From the NCBI GenBank assembly GCA_036339955.1, contig JAYYZX010000025.1, forward strand, positions 66,631 to 130,630: a stretch of DNA of 64,000 bases. The letters run 5' to 3'. The notes beneath the pieces were generated by a model, which saw nothing but the letters and a program-made list of their open reading frames with translations, did no database searches and was not told the origin of the DNA. Position numbers and translations under genes: made by a program. Source of the DNA: Bacteroidota bacterium. GTDB lineage: Bacteria; Bacteroidota; Bacteroidia; Flavobacteriales; BACL11. Below are positions 10,574-19,635 of this stretch, one piece after another. Numbering within the stretch: position 1 is the stretch's first letter; every line of letters starts with the position of its first letter.

Positions 10574-11323
10574 ATGATAAAAACCGAAGGAAAATTTAAT
10601 TATCTAGAGGTTGGAGAAGGCTCTCCGATTATTCTTTTACATGGTTTAATGGGAAGTATTGAGAATTTTGGAGATATGGTGGATTATATTTCTAAAGACT
10701 ATAAAGTATATGGTCTTGATCTAAAGCTATTTGAAACACCTTTACTAAAATGCTCTGTAAAAAATCTAGCAAAATATTTGCGTGCTTTTATGAAACATAT
10801 AAATGTTGAAAAAGCTGTTCTTCTTGGGAATTCTATGGGAGGACATATAGGGTTAATTTTTGCTAAACTATATCCTGAAAAAGTAAGTGGATTAATTCTA
10901 ACTGGAAGTTCTGGGTTGTATGAAAATTCACTAGGAGACACTTACCCTAGAAGAGGAGATTATAATTATATAAAAACGAAAACGGAAGAAGTTTTTTATG
11001 ACCCAAAAACTGCAACTAAAGAATTAGTAGATAGTGTTTTTGAAATTGCTAATAAAAGAGCTTCAATAATCAGATTATTAGCATTTGCTAAATCAGCAAT
11101 TAGACATAACATGGCTAACGACTTGCCATCTATTCTAGTACCTTCTCTGCTTATCTGGGGACATCAAGATAAGGTTACTCCTCCTAATGTAGCTAAGGAA
11201 TTCCATAAATTACTTCCAAACTCAGAATTGGAGTGGATTGATTTATGTGGACATGCTCCAATGTGGGAGCATCCTAAAAGATTTAGTGAAATTATATTGA
11301 AATGGCTGAATATTTATTTCTAG
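10574..11323 (+). CDS. alpha/beta-fold hydrolase
   Basis: ORF track 10553..11323 starts at a TTG; first ATG at 10574. GNSMGG nucleophile elbow; HG oxyanion motif (ILLHGLMGS); C-terminal His (CGHAPM). Confidence 0.8.
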   Translation: MIKTEGKFNYLEVGEGSPIILLHGLMGSIENFGDMVDYISKDYKVYGLDLKLFETPLLKCSVKNLAKYLRAFMKHINVEKAVLLGNSMGGHIGLIFAKLYPEKVSGLILTGSSGLYENSLGDTYPRRGDYNYIKTKTEEVFYDPKTATKELVDSVFEIANKRASIIRLLAFAKSAIRHNMANDLPSILVPSLLIWGHQDKVTPPNVAKEFHKLLPNSELEWIDLCGHAPMWEHPKRFSEIILKWLNIYF

Positions 11324-11327
11324 CACT

Positions 11328-11927
11328 ATGAAAATTACTAGTGCTACATTTATTTGCAGCAGCACCTCTTACAAGTCTTGTCCTGAAAATAATTTCAAAG
11401 AGTATGCGTTTACTGGCAGATCTAATGTCGGAAAATCGTCTTTAATCAACAGTTTAGTTAATAAAAAGAAATTAGCTAAAACATCAAACAAACCCGGGAA
11501 AACACAGCTAATTAATCATTTTTTAATTAACAATAACTGGTACCTCGTTGATCTTCCAGGATATGGATATGCAAAGACATCTAAAACAAAAAGGCATGAA
11601 TTTAAAGAAATGATTAATTCATATTTGCAAAAAAGAGAAAACCTTATATGTCTTTTTTTACTACTAGACCCTCGCCACAAACCACAGGAGATTGATACAG
11701 AATTTATGAAATGGTTAGCTCAAAAGGCTATACCTTTTGTAATTGTCTTTACAAAATCGGATAAATTATCAAAATCTGAAATCAAGAAAAATATTAAAAA
11801 CTACAAACAAGAACTATTAACAGAATGGGATTCCTTACCTGAAATATTTCTCACTTCTTCAAAAGCAAAAAATGGAATTAACGATATTCTAGATTTTATA
11901 AAAAATCTTAATAGAAAAATAAATTAA
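11328..11927 (+). CDS. engB: ribosome biogenesis GTP-binding protein YihA/YsxC (EngB)
   Basis: 199 aa; G1 motif GRSNVGKSSLIN, DLPGYGYA, TKSDK G4 motif. Confidence 0.9.
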   Translation: MKITSATFICSSTSYKSCPENNFKEYAFTGRSNVGKSSLINSLVNKKKLAKTSNKPGKTQLINHFLINNNWYLVDLPGYGYAKTSKTKRHEFKEMINSYLQKRENLICLFLLLDPRHKPQEIDTEFMKWLAQKAIPFVIVFTKSDKLSKSEIKKNIKNYKQELLTEWDSLPEIFLTSSKAKNGINDILDFIKNLNRKIN

Positions 11928-12253
11928 CTATTACTATTTATGATGTTCGTTTTCTTAGCAAAAAAAGAACAATAATCTCTTAGTCCATCTGCTAATTCAT
12001 TCTCGGAAGTCGATTTTTGTAAAGATGTCGCCATAGACATCAAGGCTTGATGATAGAAAATAAACATATCATTAACTAACATGTTTTTTGTCCATAAGTC
12101 TACACATAAAGTCTCTTTCTTTTTTGCATCCCATGCCGAAAATAAAAAAGAATCTAAACTGTTATTTTCGTTGTCTCTACCAGCTTTCATGTTGATTTTA
12201 TCAGGAAGATTATTTTCGTCTAATTCTATTTCAATTATAATTGATTGTTTCAT
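11924..12253 (-). CDS. gldC: gliding motility protein GldC (assigned by size and synteny)
   Basis: 109-aa soluble ORF immediately downstream of gldB with a 4-nt overlap, the gldB-gldC arrangement known from Flavobacterium johnsoniae. I did not verify a family signature. Confidence 0.65.
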   Translation of the reverse strand: MKQSIIIEIELDENNLPDKINMKAGRDNENNSLDSFLFSAWDAKKKETLCVDLWTKNMLVNDMFIFYHQALMSMATSLQKSTSENELADGLRDYCSFFAKKTNIINSNS

Positions 12254-13236
12254 CTTTTTGGTTTGTATTTTGATTTTTTTAATATTAATTGAGCATCTGT
12301 TTCTCTCATCAATTCTTCAATACTAATGCCTGAATTATGATGCATATAATTGCTTACTATTTTATGTCCTGTAAAATATGATATACGGCCTGGAGATTCC
12401 CTAGGCATCCCTTTTCCAAATGGAGAGGGATTTAAATAAGATAAAAATTCCATTTGTTGTGTAGAAAACAACAAGTCGTTTTCAATAAAATGAGCCCAAA
12501 TTCCAAACTCATTATTTTCACACCAAATCATCTCATCTTCAGAAAACCTAAACTTATCCCTTTGCGACGAGTAAGGAGTAAGTTTATTTATCAGATACAT
12601 TATCTTCCCTTTGTAGATCATTTGTGCAAGAAAATCAGATTTAGTATTATAACTATTAAAATTATAATCAATCCAAGACTCCAAAATATATGATAATAAA
12701 AATCTAGAATTTTTCTGTAACCTTATATATTTCGGATCTTGAAGATAAGAATAGAATTTACTCTTGGACTCTAAAAAAAAATCTAAACCAATAATTAACA
12801 TGCTATCTTGAGAAATCACACCATAATTAAACCCGCTAAACAAGGTTATAATTTTTTTGGGAGGAGGCATGCAAAGCATTTCTTTCCATTTACCAAAAGA
12901 TAGTTGTATCTGCTTTTCAAAATAAGAAAAATCTCTGAATTTTATACAAATAGTATCATACACCTCACGCATTTGAGCATTATTGATAAATGCTAAGATT
13001 TCATCACAATATAATGTTTCATCCTTGCTGGATCGATTCATAATATAATAATCAAAATATGGGGTAAAAACACCTAATTCGCTCTCCCAAACACTTTTTC
13101 TTTGGATTATGTTAGTACTGTCTGAATTAAATAAATAATTTTCAAACCTATACACGTCTATTTTTTCTTGATTACTTTTAGGATCTACGCAAGAAATAAT
13201 TGATAAAAATAAAAATATATGGATTGACCTTTTCAT
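12250..13236 (-). CDS. gldB: gliding motility lipoprotein GldB
   Basis: ORF track 12250..13308. The internal ATG at 13234-13236 gives MKRSIHIFLFLSIISC, a lipoprotein signal peptide with lipobox Cys. Size (~328 aa), gldC downstream and nadE divergent fit the flavobacterial gldB locus. A -7 box lies 8 nt upstream of this ATG. Confidence 0.75.
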   Translation of the reverse strand: MKRSIHIFLFLSIISCVDPKSNQEKIDVYRFENYLFNSDSTNIIQRKSVWESELGVFTPYFDYYIMNRSSKDETLYCDEILAFINNAQMREVYDTICIKFRDFSYFEKQIQLSFGKWKEMLCMPPPKKIITLFSGFNYGVISQDSMLIIGLDFFLESKSKFYSYLQDPKYIRLQKNSRFLLSYILESWIDYNFNSYNTKSDFLAQMIYKGKIMYLINKLTPYSSQRDKFRFSEDEMIWCENNEFGIWAHFIENDLLFSTQQMEFLSYLNPSPFGKGMPRESPGRISYFTGHKIVSNYMHHNSGISIEELMRETDAQLILKKSKYKPKR

Positions 13237-13244
13237 ATTCAATA

Positions 13245-13252
13245 CAAAAGTA
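13245..13252 (-). promoter_or_regulatory. Bacteroidetes-type -7 box TACTTTTG (TAnnTTTG) for gldB
   Basis: Plus strand CAAAAGTA at 13245-13252; final G is 9 nt from the gldB ATG at 13236. Confidence 0.4.
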
Positions 13253-13260
13253 TAATTTTG
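13253..13260 (+). promoter_or_regulatory. Bacteroidetes-type -7 box TAATTTTG for nadE (back-to-back with the gldB box)
   Basis: TAATTTTG at 13253-13260. It overlaps the TTG (13258) used by the ORF track, which argues for the GTG at 13282 as the nadE start. Confidence 0.4.
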
Positions 13261-13281
13261 ACTTATAATTTTACTGTTCTT

Positions 13282-14058
13282 GTGAAACAAAAAAAAATAA
13301 TATCTCATATTACAAAATGGCTCACTAATTATATCAGGGAAAGTAATTGCAAAGGTTTTGTTTTAGGTGTTTCAGGAGGTGTTGACTCAGCAGTTACTTC
13401 AACATTATGTGCAAAAACAGGATACCCAACATTATGTATTGAGATGCCAATTTATCAAAAAGAAAACGAAGTTAATCGCTCTACACAACATATAAAGTGG
13501 CTTGAAAAAAAGTTTAATAATATAGAATCAAATAAATTAGACCTCTCCTTAACGTTTGATAAATTTATAGACAATATAAATGAAAGTAAAAACTCTCAGA
13601 ATGCCTTAGCTCTTGCTAATACAAGATCTAGAATTAGAATGATGACATTATATTATTTTGCCCAAATAAATAATTATCTTGTTGTTGGAACAGGTAATAA
13701 AGTAGAAGACTTTGGTATTGGGTTTTTTACAAAATATGGAGATGGAGGTGTTGATATTAGTCCCATTGCAGATTTATTAAAAACTGATATATATCTGCTT
13801 GCTAAAGAATTAAGAATATATCAATCAATTATTGACGCTAAACCAACTGATGGGCTTTGGGACGAAGAAAGAACAGATGAGGATCAAATTGGGGCAACTT
13901 ATGCCGAATTAGAATGGGCTATGAATCTTCATCCCAACATGGGAACCCTTTCAAAAAGAGAAAAAGAAATTTTAAAAATTTATACTAATTTGAATAAAAT
14001 TAATTACCATAAAATGCAAGCAATACCTGTTTGTGAGATTCCTGATAATTTAAAATAA
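13282..14058 (+). CDS. nadE: ammonia-dependent NAD+ synthetase NadE
   Basis: PP-loop motif GVSGGVDSAV. ORF track starts at TTG 13258, inside the predicted promoter box. GTG at 13282 gives (M)KQKKIISHITKWL..., a normal distance from the PP-loop. Confidence 0.9.
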   Translation: MKQKKIISHITKWLTNYIRESNCKGFVLGVSGGVDSAVTSTLCAKTGYPTLCIEMPIYQKENEVNRSTQHIKWLEKKFNNIESNKLDLSLTFDKFIDNINESKNSQNALALANTRSRIRMMTLYYFAQINNYLVVGTGNKVEDFGIGFFTKYGDGGVDISPIADLLKTDIYLLAKELRIYQSIIDAKPTDGLWDEERTDEDQIGATYAELEWAMNLHPNMGTLSKREKEILKIYTNLNKINYHKMQAIPVCEIPDNLK

Positions 14059-14099
14059 CTTTTTTTTATTAGCTTAGCATAATAATCAATTTTTAAGAT

Positions 14100-14471
14100 A
14101 TGGATAACTTTAATGATTTAAAAGCCCCTTTGACTTGGGGATTAGGTATTGTTTTTATAGTATGTATATTTATGTTAAATGCTAATACTATAAGAGAAAA
14201 CCCCACAGTAGGTGGTGATGCATGGAATACAACTCCAAATATGCAAGAATGGCATTTTGATAATTCTCTATCAGGATTTGAAGCATTATTCGTAGGGTCA
14301 AATAACATAATTGAAAATAATACTGATTTTAATTTTGGGACGCCATCAAGTGCAGACATAATGTTTTTTGAGAATGAAGAAAGCATTGATATAGAGAGCT
14401 TAATAGAGGAAGTTATTGCTGAAATGGATGAGGCTGATGACAGTACTGCTACGTCTCCTAGTGAAGAGTAG
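14100..14471 (+). CDS. hypothetical membrane-anchored protein with acidic C-terminal tail
   Basis: 123-aa ORF with ATG start, one N-terminal TM helix (LTWGLGIVFIVCIFML) and a D/E-rich tail (ESLIEEVIAEMDEADD). Longer and more protein-like than the antisense 97-aa ORF. No recognisable family. Confidence 0.45.
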   Translation: MDNFNDLKAPLTWGLGIVFIVCIFMLNANTIRENPTVGGDAWNTTPNMQEWHFDNSLSGFEALFVGSNNIIENNTDFNFGTPSSADIMFFENEESIDIESLIEEVIAEMDEADDSTATSPSEE

Positions 14472-16023
14472 GGCTTAGTTTACTCCTAACTAACATAAGA
14501 AGTAGTAATATAGCGCCTACAAAGGAAGATAGTCTTCCTATGTAATCTCCGTATTCATGGTAAAATGTGATATTATTATTCAAAATAATATTTTGAACTA
14601 TTGATTCCTTTTTAGCCCATACTGTCTTTTCTATAACCTTTCCAAAAGGAGAAACCACAGCAGATATTCCAGTATTAGCAGAGCGAACAACATGTTTTCT
14701 CTGCTCAATAGCTCTTAAACGTGAATATGCAAAATGTTGTTTATATCCAGCTGTATTTTTCCACCATCCATCGTTTGTTATAACACATAATAAATTAGAT
14801 TGATAAAAAGAGGACATCTCTCCAAATACAGATTCATAACAGATCAATGGTGTTATGTTATAACCATCTGTTGAAAATGTATTAATATAGTTGGATTTTC
14901 CTAAAGATCCACTAATACCCCCTAAATCTACAGAAAAAGCAGATATACTGTTAAATAAATACGGGAAAGGAATCTGTTCTGCTCCAGGGACAAGTTTTGT
15001 TTTATGATAAATTTTAACCTGATTAGTATTAGATAAAAATATTGCTGAATTATAAATATCATAAAATCCAGAATTATCTCTAAATTTTCTTGCTGTGGAA
15101 CTAATGTTTTCGTTTTTATGAAATACTCTATAAGTTGATGCTCCAATTAAAATTGAGAGGTTAGGAAATTTCTTCTGAAAAGATTTTAATCTTTTTATAC
15201 TATATGTTGAATCAATTTCTGATTCCCATATACGCTCTTGAAGTGCTGTTTCAGGCCCTACTAATAATTTAGTTTTTTGTGTTACTTTATCTTTAGCGAG
15301 ATTAAGAAATATATCCATTTGTTCCTTATAATTTAAACTAAACTTGTCTAAATATGGATCAATATTAGGCTGCACTATAACAACCTCAAAACCCTCCTCC
15401 TTATTATCAATAATATTATTATCATTAAGAAAATAAGAAATAACATAACAAGATAAGATTATCCCAGAAGAAAACATCAAATTCTTGAAATTACGATGCT
15501 TCCAATATGTAAATAATAATACGTTTATCATTAAAACTAGAATGGAGCCTCCAAGAATACCTGTATACTCGTACCATTGTATAAAATTTGGAGTATTCGC
15601 AAATACATTACCTATTATCAACCATGGCCAAGCCAAATCCCAATTTAGATGTAGATACTCCATTGAAATCCAAAAAATAATAAAACTAAAATAACCTAAT
15701 CTGAAACCTAAAATATTCTTGGATTTAGAAAATATCAAAAAAACCAAAGACATTAATAAGCTATTAATAAGAAAGGCCATAATAGCTCCAAAAATTGTAG
15801 CATGATAAATCCAATAAGTTGAAATAACATTAAATACTAAGAATGTAATAAATGAATATCCAAAAACAACTAACCCCTTTTTTTTAATAGATGATTTAGA
15901 AATAATATCTTCTAATATAAGTAATGGTATAAATCCAAAAAATATAAAAGAGAAATGCCCTATAGAAGGCCATGAGAAAGATAAAAACATTCCTCCTAAA
16001 ACAGATAACATTAGTTTTTTCAT
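14458..16023 (-). CDS. lnt: apolipoprotein N-acyltransferase Lnt
   Basis: 521 aa; N-terminal multi-TM region followed by a carbon-nitrogen hydrolase domain, the typical Lnt architecture. Confidence 0.9.
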   Translation of the reverse strand: MKKLMLSVLGGMFLSFSWPSIGHFSFIFFGFIPLLILEDIISKSSIKKKGLVVFGYSFITFLVFNVISTYWIYHATIFGAIMAFLINSLLMSLVFLIFSKSKNILGFRLGYFSFIIFWISMEYLHLNWDLAWPWLIIGNVFANTPNFIQWYEYTGILGGSILVLMINVLLFTYWKHRNFKNLMFSSGIILSCYVISYFLNDNNIIDNKEEGFEVVIVQPNIDPYLDKFSLNYKEQMDIFLNLAKDKVTQKTKLLVGPETALQERIWESEIDSTYSIKRLKSFQKKFPNLSILIGASTYRVFHKNENISSTARKFRDNSGFYDIYNSAIFLSNTNQVKIYHKTKLVPGAEQIPFPYLFNSISAFSVDLGGISGSLGKSNYINTFSTDGYNITPLICYESVFGEMSSFYQSNLLCVITNDGWWKNTAGYKQHFAYSRLRAIEQRKHVVRSANTGISAVVSPFGKVIEKTVWAKKESIVQNIILNNNITFYHEYGDYIGRLSSFVGAILLLLMLVRSKLSPTLH

Positions 16024-16068
16024 ATTCTAGAATTCAACATTACAAATATTATCATATTATTGCATAAT

Positions 16069-16827
16069 ATGTATTTAATCAAAAAAAATATTCCAAATAT
16101 TCTTACTCTTTCAAATATGTTGTGCGGAGTATTAGCTATACTTGCTTCATTTGAAGGAAATTTAACCTTCGCCTCTTTGTTTGTTTTCTCTGCCTTGTGT
16201 TTTGATTTTTTTGATGGATTTATCGCGCGATTATTAAACCTTGAATCAGAATTAGGGAAACAATTGGACAGCTTGTCTGATATGGTAAGTTTTGGAGTTG
16301 CTCCAAGCATTATATTATTTCAACTACTTTATTTTGAAAATTCTGGTGAGTATTTTCAATCTGAATTAAATGATATAAAAGATATTTTTCCTGCTGTAAT
16401 CGCATTATTGCTACCGATATTCTCTGCTATTAGATTAGCAAAATTTAATATTGATGAAAAACAAAAAACAACATTTATTGGCCTTCCAGCTCCTGCTGCT
16501 GCTGCGTTTATTATTTCAATCCCTTTAATACTAAATTATCAAAATATACCTAATTCTAGTCTAATTCCAATATTTGAAAATAAATTATTTCTAATCTTCA
16601 CGGCAATAATATTACCTGTACTTCTAATAAGTAATTTAAAGCTTTTAAGCTTCAAGTCAACTCAAGAGAAAAAAAGCAGAACACAAGCATCAAATATCAT
16701 AAAATGGATATTAATCATAATAAGTATTGTATTGTTAATCATATTAAAATTTATTAGCATCCCTTTTATTATAATTTTATATTTAATTTTATCGTTAATT
16801 AACAACCTTATAAAACATGAAATTTAA
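16069..16827 (+). CDS. pssA: CDP-diacylglycerol--serine O-phosphatidyltransferase
   Basis: CDP-alcohol phosphatidyltransferase motif DFFDGFIARLL...GKQLDSLSDMVSFG. ORF track starts at TTG 16060; first ATG at 16069. Confidence 0.85.
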   Translation: MYLIKKNIPNILTLSNMLCGVLAILASFEGNLTFASLFVFSALCFDFFDGFIARLLNLESELGKQLDSLSDMVSFGVAPSIILFQLLYFENSGEYFQSELNDIKDIFPAVIALLLPIFSAIRLAKFNIDEKQKTTFIGLPAPAAAAFIISIPLILNYQNIPNSSLIPIFENKLFLIFTAIILPVLLISNLKLLSFKSTQEKKSRTQASNIIKWILIIISIVLLIILKFISIPFIIILYLILSLINNLIKHEI

Positions 16828-17068
16828 AGCAAATATTGATATAATGCCTTTAGAAACACTATTAGACCCTCAAGGCAAAGCAGTGAGTGCAAACATGAAG
16901 AATGTAGGATTAAACGAAATTTCCAACGTTCGCATAGGTAAGCATATTACTCTAATAATTGAAGCCTCAAATAAAGAAATAGCTTCAGAAAAAATAAATG
17001 ATGCATGCCAAAAGATATTATCTAATCAAATTATGGAATCATATAACTTCAGTATAGAAGAGCTATAA
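16817..17068 (+). CDS. purS: phosphoribosylformylglycinamidine synthase subunit PurS
   Basis: 83 aa; PurS-like sequence (KANIDIMPLETLLDPQGKAV...); overlaps the pssA end by 11 nt. Confidence 0.85.
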   Translation: MKFKANIDIMPLETLLDPQGKAVSANMKNVGLNEISNVRIGKHITLIIEASNKEIASEKINDACQKILSNQIMESYNFSIEEL

Positions 17069-17070
17069 GG

Positions 17071-17796
17071 TTATATTCTTAATTCAAAATTTTTACCTAA
17101 ATATACTTTTCTTACATGTTCATCTGCCGCAAGTTCTTCAGCAGATCCGGATTTTAAAATTTTACCTTCAAATAAAAGATAAGCTCTGTCTGTTATGGAT
17201 AATGTTTCATGAACATTATGATCTGTAATTAAAATACCAATGTTTTTCTCTTTGAGGCTTCGGACAATGCTTTGTATATCTTCTACTGCAATAGGATCAA
17301 TGCCTGCAAATGGTTCATCTAATAAAATAAATTTTGGATCAGTAGCTAGAGCTCGTGCAATCTCTGTTCTTCTACGCTCTCCACCAGATAATAAATCTCC
17401 CATATTCTTTCGAATATAATTTAACCCAAATTCATCCAACAATTGATCACATTTATTTTGTTGTTGCAATTTAGATAAGTTAGTCATCTCCAGAACAGAT
17501 AAAATATTATCTTCAACTGTCATTTTACGAAAGATTGATGCTTCTTGAGCTAAATATCCAAGACCTAATCTAGCTCTTTTGTACATTGGTTCTTTAGTTA
17601 TATCATAATTATCTAAATAAACATGTCCTTGAACGGGTTTTACTAAACCTACCATCATATAAAAAGAAGTTGTCTTGCCAGCACCGTTAGGCCCTAACAA
17701 ACCCACTATCTCTCCTTGATTAACTTGTAAAGAAACATCATTGACAACAGCTCTTTTTCCATAATATTTAATAATATTTTCTGTTTTTAATATCAT
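17071..17796 (-). CDS. lptB: LPS export ABC transporter ATP-binding protein LptB
   Basis: 241 aa; Walker [10 protein letters not shown], signature LSGGERRR, Walker B ILLDEP; LptB-like length and C-terminus. Confidence 0.9.
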   Translation of the reverse strand: MILKTENIIKYYGKRAVVNDVSLQVNQGEIVGLLGPNGAGKTTSFYMMVGLVKPVQGHVYLDNYDITKEPMYKRARLGLGYLAQEASIFRKMTVEDNILSVLEMTNLSKLQQQNKCDQLLDEFGLNYIRKNMGDLLSGGERRRTEIARALATDPKFILLDEPFAGIDPIAVEDIQSIVRSLKEKNIGILITDHNVHETLSITDRAYLLFEGKILKSGSAEELAADEHVRKVYLGKNFELRI

Positions 17797-18596
17797 GATA
17801 TGTTTTTATTCTTAACTAAAATAGCAGAGATTCTAATACTAATTTCATAGAGGATTATAATCGGAACTGAAACTAATATTTGACTAGTAATATCCGGAGG
17901 GGTAATAATTGCAGATAAAAGTAATGTCAATATCAAAGCATGCCTTCTATAAATACGCATAAATTCAGGTGTTAAAATCCCAATTTTAGTTAAAAAGTAC
18001 ACTAAAATAGGAAGCTCAAATATAATACCATTTGCTAAAGTAATAGTTGTAACAGTTACAATAAATGAACTTAATGTAATTTGATTAGAAATTGTGTCAC
18101 TAACATTATAAGATCCTAAGAAATTTATGGATATTGGAGAAACAATATAATATCCAAACATAATACCAAGAAAAAATAAAATTGAACTAAAAAAAACAAT
18201 GCCTTTTATAGATCTACTTTCTGATTCGTGAAGTGCTGGTCGAATAAAACGCCAGATCTCCCAAATAACATATGGAAAAGCTATGATGAAACCAGCAAAT
18301 ATTGATGTAGTAATATGTGTTGAGAATTGACCAGACATATTAATATTGATTAATGAAAATGGAGATTCTGTAAAACAAAAAGTATCTTGCAGCCCAATAA
18401 TATTAGAGAAATTACAAAGAATTCGATAAGTAATAAACTGTGGGTTTTTTGGAGCAAGTAAAATAAAATCAAAAATGAATTCTTTAAATACAAAAGCAAT
18501 AGATGCAAATATCATAATCGCCATCATTGATCTTATTAAATGCCAACGAAAGACTTCCAAATGATCTAAAAACGACATGTCTCTCTCAGAACTCAT
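17793..18596 (-). CDS. tatC: twin-arginine translocase subunit TatC
   Basis: 267 aa; 6-TM; N-terminal [17 protein letters not shown] typical of TatC. Confidence 0.9.
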   Translation of the reverse strand: MSSERDMSFLDHLEVFRWHLIRSMMAIMIFASIAFVFKEFIFDFILLAPKNPQFITYRILCNFSNIIGLQDTFCFTESPFSLININMSGQFSTHITTSIFAGFIIAFPYVIWEIWRFIRPALHESESRSIKGIVFFSSILFFLGIMFGYYIVSPISINFLGSYNVSDTISNQITLSSFIVTVTTITLANGIIFELPILVYFLTKIGILTPEFMRIYRRHALILTLLLSAIITPPDITSQILVSVPIIILYEISIRISAILVKNKNIS

Positions 18597-19561
18597 TGCT
18601 GAACTATGCCTTCTTTTAGAATGTCATGCATATGTATGATACCTAAATATTCTGTTTTATTTATAACAACCAACTGACTAATATTTTGTTCTTTCATGTA
18701 TTTTAATGCATTATAAGCTAAACTACTCGAATCAACTTTTTTAGGGTTATTATTCATAATATCTGTTGCCTTCAATTCCGAAATATCTATTCCTTTGACC
18801 AACATTCTACGCAAATCCCCATCAGTAATAATACCTCTAATTATTCCTTTGTCTAAAACAACTGTTGCTCCTAGCCTCTTCTCCGATATTTCAACAATAA
18901 CCTTATTTATATCTGCATCTATATTTACAAACGGAACTCTTCCTGTCAATAATTCTTTTACTGTTATCCTTAGACGTTTTCCGAGAATTCCTCCAGGATG
19001 AAACCGAGCAAAATCTTCTTTACTAAAATTTTTACATTTTAACAAACATACCGCTAATGCATCACCAAGAACAAGTTGTGCAGTAGTGGAAGATGTTGGA
19101 GCTAAATTATGAGGGCAAGCTTCTTTTTCTACACTGGAATCTAATAAAATATTAGCTTCTTTTGCTAAATAGGAGTTTTTATTGCCAGTAATAGCTATAA
19201 TATTATTCCCCATATTCTTAATTAAAGGAATTATAGCTTTGATCTCTTCTGTATCTCCGCTCTTGGAAATACATATCACTATATCTTTCTCCTGAATACT
19301 TCCTAAATCTCCATGAACAGCATCTGCTGCATGTAGGAAAATAGCCGGCTGTCCTGTTGAGTTAAAAGTGGCAACTAATTTGTTTGCAATATTCGCGCTT
19401 TTGCCAACAGCTGCAATAATTAATCTTGCTTCAGAAGATAAAATAAGTGATACTGCTTCAACAAATTCATCACCTATTTTCTTTGCAAGTTGAGAAATTG
19501 AATAGCATTCAATATCTATGACACTTTTAGCTGTTTTTATTATTTCTGATGACCTATTCAT
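18593..19561 (-). CDS. kdsD: KpsF/GutQ family arabinose-5-phosphate isomerase
   Basis: 322 aa; SIS domain followed by a tandem CBS pair; forms an overlapping operon with tatC and lptB. Confidence 0.85.
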   Translation of the reverse strand: MNRSSEIIKTAKSVIDIECYSISQLAKKIGDEFVEAVSLILSSEARLIIAAVGKSANIANKLVATFNSTGQPAIFLHAADAVHGDLGSIQEKDIVICISKSGDTEEIKAIIPLIKNMGNNIIAITGNKNSYLAKEANILLDSSVEKEACPHNLAPTSSTTAQLVLGDALAVCLLKCKNFSKEDFARFHPGGILGKRLRITVKELLTGRVPFVNIDADINKVIVEISEKRLGATVVLDKGIIRGIITDGDLRRMLVKGIDISELKATDIMNNNPKKVDSSSLAYNALKYMKEQNISQLVVINKTEYLGIIHMHDILKEGIVQQ

Positions 19562-19599
19562 GTGAAAAATTATATTATATTAGTTGATCACAATTAAAG

Positions 19600-19607
19600 C
19601 AAAAGTA
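19600..19607 (-). promoter_or_regulatory. -7 box TACTTTTG upstream of the kpsF-tatC-lptB operon
   Basis: Plus strand CAAAAGTA at 19600-19607, 38 nt upstream of the ATG at 19561. Confidence 0.35.
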
Positions 19608-19635
19608 TTACTTTTAGCTTTATCTCAAGAAAAGA

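Noticed and set aside
14093-14386. 97-aa minus-strand ORF overlapping the 123-aa plus-strand hypothetical gene.
   Set aside because: It is shorter than the plus-strand ORF, has no signal or TM logic, and its translation looks like an antisense shadow. The plus-strand ORF is kept, at low confidence.
16020-16310. 96-aa minus-strand ORF spanning the lnt/pssA intergenic region and the pssA 5' end.
   Set aside because: It overlaps the well-supported pssA N-terminus (CDP-alcohol phosphatidyltransferase motif lies on the other strand) and has no family features.
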